Shown here: positions 25,524 to 38,500 of the stretch, piece after piece
Layout: every line of letters begins with the position of its first letter
How positions within the stretch are numbered: position 1 is the first letter of the stretch
From: Lytechinus pictus
Lineage: Eukaryota
Reading direction: 5' to 3'
DNA length: 64,000 bases
NCBI RefSeq assembly: GCF_037042905.1
Contig: NC_087248.1
Span: forward strand, 10,292,001-10,356,000
Translations under genes and position numbers: made by a program
Notes under the pieces: generated by a model
Told to the model about the DNA's origin: nothing
Databases searched by the model: none
What the model saw: the letters and a program-made list of their open reading frames with translations, nothing else

Positions 25524-25601
25524 TTTTTTCGGCATCACCAATTTTTCCAAAGGGTAGATAGCTCTGGGGAACCTTGATTTAAGCTACGCCTACCATTGTT
25601 C

Positions 25602-25808
25602 NNNNNNNNNNNNNNNNNNNNNNNNNNNNNNNNNNNNNNNNNNNNNNNNNNNNNNNNNNNNNNNNNNNNNNNNNNNNNNNNNNNNNNNNNNNNNNNNNNN
25701 NNNNNNNNNNNNNNNNNNNNNNNNNNNNNNNNNNNNNNNNNNNNNNNNNNNNNNNNNNNNNNNNNNNNNNNNNNNNNNNNNNNNNNNNNNNNNNNNNNNN
25801 NNNNNNNN
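25602..25808. other. Assembly gap
   Basis: Run of N. Confidence 1.
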
Positions 25809-25959
25809 GCGCGAGCTAAGAAAATAATATTCTAACCTGAAAACTTAATATACTTCGTCGTCATATTCATCTCAATATGTTTTCGCTCGATAGGTTATTT
25901 CACTCACTGCACCATGGCATCAATTGGAACGTTTATTCTCTCTGTCTTCCTAATGACAG

Positions 25960-26198
25960 CACTGATACATCCTTTACGTAAGCGAAACACTACTAAATAC
26001 TTGTAGCCAATTAAGCTGTAAGCTGTTCTTCCAGCGGGCCCTGCATAACATGTTATGATTGACCTTTCTCCATTCTTATGCGTCGAGCGTCCGACAAAAA
26101 TAAAATCATTTTTTTAAAGTCTTTGGTATGACTCGGCCGGTAATTGAACCCAGGACCTCTCGTTCATGAGGCGGGCGCTCTACCACTGAGCCACCAAT
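25960..26198 (-). mobile_element. tRNA-derived SINE
   Basis: Minus strand GGTGGCTCAGTGGTAGAGCG ... GGGTTCAATTACCGGCCGAGTCATACCAAAGACTTTAAAA. Confidence 0.65.
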
Positions 26199-27003
26199 AC
26201 CTTTCTTTATTGTCAAAATGTTAAGCAAGATCATTACTATGTTTATTACACAGTTCGTATAACATTCACCCGGAGAAAAAAAAGCACTTCGCAGCATCCT
26301 GGTGCACATTTCGCACAAGAGTATAGACCCTTAATTAGTTTAGCAATTGCCACAAATCCCATGCAATTCTTATTCTATATGTAGCCAAATTGAATAGATG
26401 TATCGTTATTTTTACTCTTACTGATAAAATATAATTGATTTTTTTAAATATAAAGTATTGAAATAGCTTTGCGCACGATTTCTATCGAAAAATTATTTTA
26501 AAAACAATGAAGTCGAAGCCCAAGGAAATACTTCTGAAACTTAAATTCATACTTGTGCGGGATGTGCAACGCATCACCCATTGGTGAAAGAAGAAAATCC
26601 CCGAAAATGTATTTCAGAAATAGGCCGAACACGTTAAAGATGATTTGATACTGTTAATGTCAAAGATTTTGAAAGAATCGTGCGATCAATGCAAACACAT
26701 TTTCAGTCCCAGAATCAATCATACATCTTGCAGTTAATTGCAAATTAGCGATTGATCGCTGATCTGTTTCATGAAACAATAATTATTAGGAGTGTAAAGT
26801 GATTTTCTACAGTGCAAATTTATCTAGAAGGGCATATCCTATATGAAATTGCCACAGAATTTTGCGATTGATAATGCAAATATTTTCTTGCAACACCTGC
26901 AACTTGCAACACCAGTCACAAGTACCTATTGTGAAACAACCTCAGTTGCATGTGACAGCCACTTATAATTACTCGCTGTGTGTTGTTTCCTCTTTATACG
27001 CAG

Positions 27004-27920
27004 TCGGTACTCTATTAAGAGCTGCGGCCTGCGAAGGCAAAGTTCTACATATAGAGTGTCCAAATAGGATCTTTATACATTGGGCATATTATGACAGAAG
27101 AAATGAATACAAATGCAGAGTTGAAGGAATACATTCTTGGATGAGTGATGATTATGGAATTTGCCACGAAAGGACTGGCATTGCATCACGTGTCGTCAGA
27201 GCCCGTTGCCATGAGAAACAATCGTGTTTTGTGCCTGCCATCAATCCTGTCTTTGGTGACCCTTGTCTTGATACAATCAAGTACTTAAAGGACAAGTCCA
27301 CCCCAACAAAAAATTGATTTGAATAAATAGAGAAAAATCCAACAAGCAAAACACTGAAAAATTTCATCAAAATCGGATGTAAAATAAGAAAGTTATGACA
27401 TTTTAAAGTTTTGCTTAATTTCACAAAACAGTTATATGCACATCCTGGTCGGTATGCAAATTGGCAGACTGATGACGTCACACACTCACTATTTCTTTTG
27501 TATTTTATTATATGAAATATGAAATATTCTAATTTTCTCCTCCTTGTCAAGTGAAACAAAGTTTTATTTCTCCCTGAACATGTGGAATTACCATTATTTT
27601 AACAGTATGTGGTTAAGTTAAGTTGGTCCTTATTGTCAAATCTGTAAAAATTGAAATATTGTATTATTCAAACAATAAAAAACAAAAAAAATTGTGAGTG
27701 ATGGACATCATCGACTCTCTCATTTGCATATCGCTGAGTTGTGCATTTAACTGTTATGTGAAAAATAAGCGAAACTTGAAAATGTCATAACTTTCTTATT
27801 TTACATCCGATTTCGATGAAATTTGCAGCGTTATGTTTGTTTGATTTTTCTCTATCGATTCTAATCAACAATTTTCTGGGGTGGACTTGACCTTTAAGGG
27901 TCTATTATCGCTGTGTGTAA
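27004..27920 (+). pseudogene. SUEL / rhamnose-binding (Gal_Lectin) domain terminal exon disrupted by a MITE
   Basis: Acceptor CAG at 27001-27003; ACEGKVLHIECP...AYYDR...C...VVRARCHEKQSC.VPAINPVFGDPCLDTIKYL; removing 27289-27897 restores KYLRVYYRCV* (stop 27918-27920). Confidence 0.85.
27289..27893. mobile_element. Kolobok-type MITE (TTAA TSD) inserted in the lectin exon
   Basis: TTAA|AGGACAAGTCCACCCCA ... TGGGGTGGACTTGACCT|TTAA; near-identical copy at 41008-41595. Confidence 0.92.
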
Positions 27921-29008
27921 ATCAGCTGGCGAATTTAGGAAAATCACCCCGAAAGAGAGCCCGTAATCGAGACTTGGGGGTGATGCAGTATAGTTGAGCC
28001 ACTTTTCTTTAAATATTAATCGGGGCCATGCATTTCCAAGTAAAACCTTTCATTGTTTGTTTAAATTAGAATTATCTCAATTTGGGGTTTATTTACTTAG
28101 GTGATAGCTTAGCTATGAAACATCAGTATAAGCGCTCTATCAATGTTATGGTTATAGTGCATGGTTATGTATTCTATTATATATAGGTAGTTGTCTGGTT
28201 TCATTTCAGAATATAGTAGACGATATTTTCAAAAATAGAATATTTGTGCCTTAGAGTCTAAAATCAGGAGGGATCAGTTGAACATACTCACTGCTGAAGG
28301 GAAAGTCCACCTTGACAATAACGTTTTAATCCAGAAAAAAAATAATGGTGAAGGTTTGATGAAAATCCATCATCCTCATCAAAGAATAACAATTTATGAC
28401 TTCCTTTTTTTTGTCTTATGCGAGCAGTTCAAAATTAGTTGATACTATTTAATGGAATGTGATGAATTTAAATATTTTTCTCATAAAAATAGGTATGAAC
28501 TGACGTGCCTGATGATGTATCCATCGCACAGATTAAATCCCTTTAATTTTTTTTTGTGAACACGAAATTTGGAGGATCTGATCGTTTGTAGCGTCGTAAA
28601 TTACAAACTTTAAAAAGTTATAACCTTGTAATTCTTAGACGGATTTTCACCAAACTTTCTTAATGATTTTTCTGCTTTCATTAAAACCAACTTATTGGAA
28701 GCGTGAATTTCCCATTCGATGAGAGTAAAACCACACGGGGACAAGTTAGCTTGTGTGAGAAGAAAAGTCAAAGAAACAAAATAATGAAAATTGGAGAAAT
28801 AATTAACATTGGAAAGTTATGAGCATTTTAAATGTTAAGATAACTAATGATGTTATCACACCAATCCTGTGCAATTGCCTTGTTAAAGTTCTAAATATTT
28901 TACTTAAAAATGTCACTTTTATCAAGTCCGTATGCCTGCATAACTCAAGAGGAACGGGTTATCATGGGATGGTAGTGATTTCTATCATGAGCAAAGAGTT
29001 TGTGCTGT

Positions 29009-29141
29009 NNNNNNNNNNNNNNNNNNNNNNNNNNNNNNNNNNNNNNNNNNNNNNNNNNNNNNNNNNNNNNNNNNNNNNNNNNNNNNNNNNNNNNNNNNNN
29101 NNNNNNNNNNNNNNNNNNNNNNNNNNNNNNNNNNNNNNNNN
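29009..29141. other. Assembly gap
   Basis: Run of N. Confidence 1.
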
Positions 29142-30084
29142 TATTTTCAGTGTCCAAAGGGAATAGTTGTACTTGTGTGAACTTGTGTGAACCCCGGTCA
29201 CATTGCAAATTGGAGGGTCTCCAAAATCATTAGTCATGTTAGTGATTTTGACATTCAAATGCTCATTTTTTCCTAATTGTTCTCAAAACTTTATTGATAT
29301 GTTTCTTTGATTTTTCATACCAGCAAACTTGTTCCAATCGTTTCATTCCCCATATTTTCTGTTGTATCTTATTCTTTCTTCGTGGTGCCCCGCCCTCGCC
29401 CCCATACCTTTTTGTTCAGTTATTTTTGTCATCCATGATGATGCATTTATCACTCCCTAATCTCCTATTTACGTTCATTCATAATTATTTGCATTCTGTT
29501 CGAGCGATATCCTTATTCAACATGTTCAAGCCTCGCTTTTGAGCTGGTAAATTTTTCATTTCTCTTCTGTTTTTAAGCATACATACCGCTGTTCATACTT
29601 TTAAGAATGGTTAATTTACCCATGGAAATAATGATTACAGTTTATTGTATTTTGTTTGTGTTATTATTACTAATTCGAAATTGTAAGCTCTGCCGTTATT
29701 TTTGTTGATTTTGTTTGTAATTGATTTGTGTCTCTGATTTGTTTGTTAAGAAATGGTTATAGAGGTGAAATAAATCAATAAATTTAATTTGATTAAATCT
29801 TATTCAAGAGCCTCCCCGGGAGAGTTTTAGCCATCATGTAAATAAGAAGAGGGAAAGGTTTGTTGTTTGTTTGTTGATAACTTTTTTTATAAACCAATCA
29901 ATAAAATAATAATAAACACATTTCTAATGCGCAAAGAAGAAATGCTCAAGGCGCCTGACAATTGAATATCAACTCAGCATTATGACAGTAAATAAGAAAG
30001 AAAATATTAAATCATATTGTATAAATGAAAATTACACTGTAAATCTTTTGGAGAGGGGGTTTACTAGGGTATTGAGGGGCATTA

Positions 30085-30215
30085 TGAGACCTAAGATATG
30101 TTTTCAGGTTTCTTTGGAATGACTGAAGAGAAGATGAGATTTGAACTATGGGGGGAAGAGAGTTCCAGAGACGGAGTGCAGGAGCAAATAATGCCCTGTC
30201 TACATGGTCAATCGG
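30085..30215 (-). mobile_element. Short L2-type LINE 3' remnant
   Basis: DRALFAPALRLWNSLP...SSLQSFQRNLKTYL resembles the L2 ORF2 C-terminus. Confidence 0.5.
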
Positions 30216-30969
30216 CACGAGTAGTAGAAGAGGGATGAATGTATTTTTGGGGGGGTTTGAACGTACAATTATTGTGATCAACACATCCATACATTTGACA
30301 ATTCTTAACGAAAATGAAATAAAACAATGTCATGAATAAATTCTAAATCAATTCAATTTGTTCTCAAAATATCTGATATACATTTTTTCTATATTCTTTT
30401 CTCTTACATTTATACACATACATAATCTATATGTCTAATTGAAAAACAGTACAACCTAAAATCAAACAAATTATTCACCATTTCTTGATGGTTGTATCAC
30501 ACACAAAAAAAATCTTGAAATTATTGAAATGCACTAATAAGATTTATGAGAGAATACTAAATATTCATAATCCTCGGACACACTCACATCCCACCCCCAC
30601 CACACTCAACACAGATTCACGCACAAACACAACCCCCTTCACACACACACCCTTACACCCCCCCCACACACACACACGTACATACATCCACCAAATCAAA
30701 TGCATTTCATCTGTCCGCATAAGTGTCATGGCAGCCGTCATAAAAATAAGTGCATGTCTAAGTTTAGTCAAAGAAACAAATGGATTCGGAATGCCTCGTC
30801 GTCATGAAGTGTGAAAATTTTCCCACTTCCTCAGGTGACCGGATAATTTTCCACGTGCCTCTGCTATTCTTTTTTCCTCCTTTTCATTTTCAAGATTTTT
30901 TTCCTAATCTCTTGTGGCTCTGAAGTACGATCGATCACACACGACTTCAGTCGTAAAATTCGGGATTTC

Positions 30970-31150
30970 CGTTTTCAGAGTTTGCAATGATAGTCGTGAA
31001 TTTTGCGACTTTCGTTGCAAACTTTGCACTTTCAGTCATAAAGTTGGCGATTTTCGTTGCAAAGTTTGCAATAATAATCGTGAATTTCACGATATTCGTT
31101 GCAAACTTTGCAAGTTTAGTCGTGAAGTTCGTGACTTTCATTGCAAACTA
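30970..31150. repeat. Degenerate minisatellite built on TTCGTTGCAAACTTTGCA
   Basis: About 5 imperfect repeats visible. Confidence 0.6.
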
Positions 31151-31520
31151 AAATTGGTAAATATTTCTTTTCTGCAATAGTTTCGTTTTCAATGCTATTT
31201 CTGTCAATGTTCTGGGAAGTTTATAATGTGGCCTGTGATGGCCTAGAATCCTTTAATAAAGTACCCTTTGTCCAGATAATCATGATCCCATTTTATTTTA
31301 TCCTATCTCTCCCTTAACCAGACTTAAACAAAATCTGGACTGTTTAATCCTTATTTGCTCTTTATATTTCTCTTTCCTTTTCTAACGTTTACGTTACTGA
31401 TAATCCACCCTTATCATCCTCTGTAATATATGCATATGATTTTAAAAAACTACAGCAACATTTTCAAGGCTTGCTCACTACGCTCACTCGCATTTCCCCA
31501 AAAAATTACACACCCTTTAA

Positions 31521-34203
31521 AGGGATGCTCTGGGCTGAAAATATTTATATCTAAATAAATAGAGTAAAATTCACAGAGCAAATTGCTGAACATTTCATCA
31601 AAATCGGATAACAAATAACGATTTGAATGTTAATGTTAAGTAATATTTTGTGAAAACAGTGATATGCACATCGTCATGAATATTCATTAGGTGGGCTGAT
31701 GATGTCACATCCCCACCTTCCCTTTTCTTATGTTATTACGTGAAGTCATAATTGTTTCAGTATTTAATACATATGTGAATGATATGTCTCCCTCATAATG
31801 AAATAAGTTGCTGCAATGAATGTCTAATGCACTTAATCAGTTTTCAATCCAATGTTTTAAATTTTAGAAGGAAAATGATTTGAATAAACCTAATTTCATG
31901 TAATAAAATACAAAAGAAAAACTTGGGATATGACATCAATTTGCCGGAATAATGCAAAATTTTAAAATGTCGTAACTTTGTTCAAGTTCAAGTTTAATTT
32001 ATTAAAAAACCAGACATACATGTATAAGTACAAATCAATGAACAGATAATACAAAAGGATAAATAACATAATATGAAAGGTTTTCGAGGACCCCTAAAAA
32101 GCAGAGCTTGTGAGTAAAGGGCCCTACAATAAATGAGATGTAAACAGTGAAGGAACATACTGTACATAATAAGAATAAAATACAGAAATGTACAGAAAAA
32201 AAGAGATAAACAAAACAAATATGCAACACACACACACACGACTAGGCTGGCTAGCTACGTGATAACTCGTAGTTTTATAAAAACAACATTTTCTATACTA
32301 GATTTAACCCAGATTATCAAAGAGATATCTTTTACATTGTACTTTAAACCGATAAAGAGTTGTACAGTTCCTAATATCAGCAGGTAACCGGTTCCACTCT
32401 CAAGATGTTATGAAATAATTCAAGGAAACATTAGTTCTTACATAAAGTCGGTGGATAAACGATTAAATGCAACTAACTCATGAAGTGGAAGCAACTTTAA
32501 CTGAAGGAATAAGGGTTTACTAGGATGTCTGAAAGTTGAATGGGTGATAAGCCTCAAAATTTTCTTCTGTAAAACTTTTAGTTTGTCAATGTAAGTCTTA
32601 AAAGTATTGCCCCATGCAACATTGCAGTAGGTCAGGTAGGGAAGCACAATGCTGGTATATAAAGTTTTTAAAATAGCCTCAGGTAAAACACATCTTAATC
32701 TACATATAACACCAACACCTCGAGAAACCTTTGTACACACTGATTCTAAGTGGGGTTTCCAAGTCAAATGCTCATCGATAATTACTCCTAGAAATTGAAC
32801 ATGCTTACTACGAGCAACATTGTGGCCTCCAACATCAAGATTATCCACAGTTTCTGGAATAATTTTGCCTCTTGAACGAAAAATAATACATTTAGTTTTT
32901 TTTTACATTCGGCAAAAGTTTATTACAACAGAACCAAGCTAGTAACTTTTTTATTTCTATATTCGCGACCGACATAAGAGTAACAACGTTTTTATGAGAC
33001 AATAATAAACTAGTGTCATCAGCAAAAAAGAATAAAAAAATATATTTGATGAGTTAATGATATCATTGATATAGATTAAAAATAATAAAGGACCGAGTAC
33101 CGAACCCTGGGGCACACCGTATTGAATATTACCAGATTGTGATTTTACACCATTACCATGACATATTGAGTACGATCATGAAGGTAGCTATGGAACCAAG
33201 CCAATGCTACTCCGCGTACTCCATATTGCTCAAGTTTACTGAGAAGGATGGCATGGTCAATCGTATCAAATGCCTTGGACAAATCAAGGAAAACTCCAAG
33301 GCAAAAAAATAACATTATCAAATGATTCTATAATACTATTTAATAAGTTGAAAACACTCATGCTTGTAGAGAAGTGTTTACGGAAACCAAATTTCTGAGG
33401 GATCAAAATGTTTCTTCTCAATAAAAACTAATTTAACCGCTTGTAGACAATTTTCTCCAAGATCTTAGAAAATATTGGCAAAAGAGCTATAGGTCTGCAA
33501 TTTACAATATTCTTCTTGTCATCTTTCTTGAAAACAGGAACAACCTTAGCTACCTTTAACTTCGATGGAACTATTCCAAGAGATAAAGAGTTATTAAGAA
33601 TAACACATAATGGTTCAGCAAAGTAATGAATACATTCCTTAACAACGCTAGGGGCTATATCATCAGAACCACCTGACTTTGATGACTTAAGTGATGAAAC
33701 AAAATTAATTATTTCGGAAACAGAAGTTGGTCTAAGAAACAGAGAAAAATTATCAAAGTTTGGCTTTAAATATTCATGAAAAGACTGAGGCACTGTTGGA
33801 ATTTCTGTACTTAATTTTGCAGGCAATCCAATGAAATACTTGTTAAAACATTCAGCTTTATGCTTACTTGACACTAGAAATGATCCCTCATGGAACATCT
33901 CTGGGGGATCAATTGCTTCTTATCCCTGCCCAATAATTCATTGATGTGTGACCAAGTTTTCCTAATATCCCCTTTAACACTTTGAAAAAGGTAGTCATAC
34001 AATTTTTGTTTTGCTAAGCGAAGCGTTGTAACAAGAACATTTTTGTATTTGGCATATTTTCTTTTATTTGTACTACTTGGCGTTTTGACATATTTGGAAT
34101 ATAAGTGATGTTTGCGATCAAATTGATCAAATTTTCAGGGTTTTGTTTGTCTGATTTTTCTTTATCTGTTTAAATCATATTATTCTCAGCCTGGAGTATC
34201 CCT
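31521..34203. mobile_element. Kolobok-type MITE split by a LINE insertion
   Basis: TTAA|AGGGATGCTCTGGGCTGA ... TCAGCCTGGAGTATCCCT|TTAA; halves ~31521-31980 and ~34120-34203. Confidence 0.8.
31981..34118 (-). mobile_element. 5'-truncated, frameshifted L2/CR1-group (Crack/Daphne-like) LINE reverse transcriptase
   Basis: Motifs on minus strand: [77 protein letters not shown]; AATAAA + (AACTTG)n tail at ~31981-32005. Confidence 0.92.
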
Positions 34204-34659
34204 TTAAATGGGGATTTTTGGTCATCATTCTGTCCTCCAACTATTGGATATGTTCTCGATCGCGTCTTTAATTCATTTCTTTATCTTACAAATCCATTAT
34301 AATATACATGTATACCCATCCAAAAACCGTGATAGGTAAGATGGTAGTATTCTGTTTACGGTATATATACATATATACATTGTCCGTGATGATTGTGGTA
34401 TACACACCACTTAAAAGAGGTTTTTAACACCATTCTCTCTTCTATATAGCTTATATATATACGCTTGTTCGAATCTAACAAATCCATTATAATATAGCCA
34501 TCGAAAAATATTGTTGTAGGTCTTTAACTAAAATATGGTAGCAATATGTACACATACTTCCGTATACATAGCCCTTGGTGTGGGGGCGTCCCCAAAATTT
34601 TTAATTATCAGGTCAATATATTGCTATCACCCCCCCCCCCACACACATACACACACACA

Positions 34660-34690
<31 letters not shown>

Positions 34691-35523
34691 CCTCACACAC
34701 TATTCGGACCAGATTTCTGCCAGTGTACCATTCTTTCTTCCCCCCTTTCTTCCTCCTTTCTTTTTCCGTTTCCCCTATTTGTTTCACTAATTTGGAAGTT
34801 ATAGGGGCGTGATCGCCATCTACTCTAACACCCGTAGTGCCGCCCGTAACACAGAGTATACAGTTCTGGTCTTTATCACGAAGATGCTTCATGTAGTTTG
34901 TTAGTTGAAGTATGCAAATAGCCAAATATAATCAGGACGTATTGGGCTCTATACATTCTAAAACAAACACCGAGCCTTCTCCTCGACTAAGTTATGTAAC
35001 CTACCCTGCAATCTGGGTATTAAAAACCTGCTATCATTTCAGCAAACTGATTGTTCAGGTTGACATTCAGGACCTTCGGAACACAGAACCGAGACGTAGG
35101 ACGACGCCATAACCGTTTTTTTCCATACTTCAGTGAGGAAAAGTGTAGGCCATCATTCATATTTCCTTACTCATTTCATGGAGTTTTATGCCAAAGGCTT
35201 ACAAAGAGTCATCAAGATGATATGTGCCTATAACTCAGAGAGATAGCTATACACAAAACAGAAGAAGCTTTTTTTGTTATTTCGCTGTCAAGCAACCACC
35301 AATTCCTGTGCACATTTTCAAGTCGCCCTTCGTCAAGACACTCTTAGAAGCTTTCACATCAGCAAGCTAGGCTGCTCATGAAAATTCGCCTGAATCCCAA
35401 CTCTTGTAGCAAGATACGGAGTAATTCGCAGAGGTAGAGGGTTGTTTGTTTATGAAATATATACTTCCAATTTCATAAATATTCTCTTAGAAGAAAAGTA
35501 GACCAGTTACAATCAGAGAAACA

Positions 35524-38500
35524 ATGGCATTACTGACTGACTCATACGGAGTCCTCTTGGCCACCATAAGCCTTGTTCTGACGCTGGTATGGTACTTTAA
35601 GAGCTCAAGCTTTCGGAGATTTCGTCATCTACCACCAGGCCCCCTCGGGTATCCCATCGTCGGCATGTTACCCTACCTCGACGAGAAATATCCTTCTGTT
35701 GGTATCACAAAACTGTCCAAGAGATATGGGCCGATCTTCGGGGGTTTTCTGGGCAGCTACCGAGCGGTGTTCCTGAACGATTACGAGACGATAAAAGAAG
35801 CTTTCTCAAGAACTGACGATATCTTCAGTGATCGGCCGAGGATTTCGGCATTCGAACTTTACAGCGACGGGCAAGGTAAGAGGCAATTCTTTTAGTTGTC
35901 AGAATTTTTACCCCCCCCCCCCTGCTCGACGATGTTTTACAGGTATGCCATTCGTAAGAAGATACAAGAAAGAACTTTTAATCGATTCGGGTACTCCTTT
36001 TTTTTAAGAAGTTAAATTTTCAAATACCATAATTTTGTTATTTTCTATCCGATTTTCTATCAAAAATTAATATATCATTTGATTGATATGATTTTCGTTT
36101 CATGTTAAATGTTAAAAAGAAAAGTCGTGTCCAACACGGTCCGTATAAAGATTTTTCTCATCATAAATATTACCATTATCATTATGTTCATTAGTGTCTC
36201 TACCATGACAATGTAGGGTTTACGATTTAATGTCACTAATTGCGAAGTTTAATGCACTATATGTTTTTACACCCGACCCGTCGGTTTATAATTAAAATTA
36301 GCATTATCTTGTAAATGTGTTAGTGCCGAAAAAATACAACACTTTAAAATCATGCATGTTGCCGTGCATACTTAAAGTTATCAACAAAGAATGCCGGGAG
36401 CAGTGGCAACGCCAGTGTTTCTTTTCAGGTGGGGTGTTACGGCACATTTTGGTAAATTACCAACATTCAATTTTCAATTCATTTCTGGTTTTATTGTAAA
36501 AAAGGTACATAACAAATATCACAATTCTAGTGCTAGACAAATAATCAACAAATAAAGCCAGAAAAAATCATTTTGGACAATCTCAAAAAAGATTAAAATG
36601 ATTGAAATTATAACATTGTAAAACTATCATTGTCAAAATGCAACATGTGCAATTTACCTAAATTTGCTTTTCAATTATTATGATACGACATATTTTGGTA
36701 ACTGCATATTTTGGTAACCAACATGTCACGAATGTGTAAAACACATTTTGGTAATTTCTTGATCATCTAAATAGTCGGCTCTCACCAAATGCAATTAGAC
36801 TGCCAATGCAAAATATACTTTAACGACGCAAGGAGGTAAGCTATTATCAGTCTATTTTCTAAAACCACACCGGCTGAACCCACTTGGTTAAAAGTTAATT
36901 GTATCTAATCAACACTTGGGGCCCGTTTCATAAAGGACTTGCTACTGTTGTGACTTTGCCATTATGGCAACTACTATGGTAACCTTGATTTTGATTGGCT
37001 GCTGAGCCCTGTAACCATGGTAGTTGCCATAGCGACAAGTAACAGCAGTCGTACCTCTTTATGAAAAGGGCCCCTGGTCTAAGCTGAATGGTCTAATACC
37101 CATTGCCAATAAATTATCTCAAACCACTTCGTCTTTTCATCTATTCGCTCTACAGAGTATTAATTTTGTTCCGTCTATGCCAAGTTTGTCAAATGTCTCA
37201 TTGTTCGAAGTTTTCATGAAAGAGGCCACAAATTGCCAAGTTAGCATAGCTGTAAATGTGTATTGAATGGGCCCCAGTATGCATTTCTTTTGGTATGAAA
37301 ATCATGTAGTTAAGTCGTATTGTAAATACGCTGTAACTATATATGTGAACCCACCATATTCCGTTATTCCTCTCCCAGTTTATTGATCCTGGGGCGGTGG
37401 AGCGAACTTGAAAGTAGGGGCTCAAGAAAAAAGCACCTTTTCTTTCGAAAAGGGCACTATCTTAAAACAAAGAAAAAGTGGCCTTAAAAAAACCCTGATT
37501 AAAATCGTACAGATTGAGAGATGGGGTGGTGGGCAAGTTTCTGGAACGGAAGGAAAAAAAATGAAGAAGAAAAATTTAAAAAAGATAATGAAATGAAAGG
37601 AAAGGGTAAAAGTGTGCACATCATGTCAGAATTTGTCACTAAATCAAATTGTTCTAAAAAGGTCATTAATTGGCACGTAGCAACCTGGATGTGCATATAA
37701 CTGTGTCATTGTATTATTAAGCGAAGGTGATAACTTTTTTAAAAACTTTATATCAGATTTTAATGAATTTTCATTGTAATACTTGTCTGATTTTTTCTTT
37801 TTATTCAAACCATTTTTTTTTTTGGGGGGGTGGACTTCCTCTTACGCTCTTTGTACAGAAAGGTTTTTTGACACGGTAAATCGAAATCACAAAATTTGCG
37901 TCACATTATTTTGGGTACCCATGATTTACGCGGGTTAAGATAAATTGTTGGACTCCATAGCTTAATTGATAACACTTTACTTGCAAAGCCACTGCATTTC
38001 ACTTTACATTTATCCCTAAAATTTTCCACACAGGAGTTGCATGCTGCTACATTGAAAACCATTGGAAAGAACAACGTCGGTTCACACTTCGCGCCCTGCG
38101 GAACTACGGCATGGGTCGTCTCCAGGGCTCCCTACGAGACGCCATCGATGTCGAGATTTCAATCATGATGAAGGAATTCTCCAAGATCAAGAAACCTTTT
38201 AATCCATTCATCTACATCATGTCGACTGTCTGTGACATCACCTGTAAGATGGTTTTCGGTCGGCGATTCGAGTACGACGATGACAAGTTTACCGATTTCC
38301 TTCACAAGCTTGACAGGATATTTGAAATGACTGGCGTAGCAGGTGCGTACATTGGCCGGGATATTGACTAGGGCATGATTATAGCAAGGAGGTATACATC
38401 CTTGGTATTAGTGACCATGCATTGGTGGTGCAGTGAAAGGGGTAGTGTGTCCGCCCCGACGAGTTCAAGTAATAAAATAGACGAAAGATCTGCATATGAG

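Larger units (their letters stand above)
23711..25601 (+). repeat. Tandem array of a 405-407 bp unit, each containing a tRNA-like gene; abuts (TA)n on the left and an N-gap on the right
   Basis: About 4.7 almost identical units visible (tRNA starts 23829, 24234, 24641, 25046, 25452). Confidence 0.97.

Noticed and set aside
23711-25601. CRISPR array, or repeated 85-aa protein ORFs
   Set aside because: Units are identical over their whole length (no unique spacers) and the context is eukaryotic; the ORFs start at TTG and simply recur with the repeat
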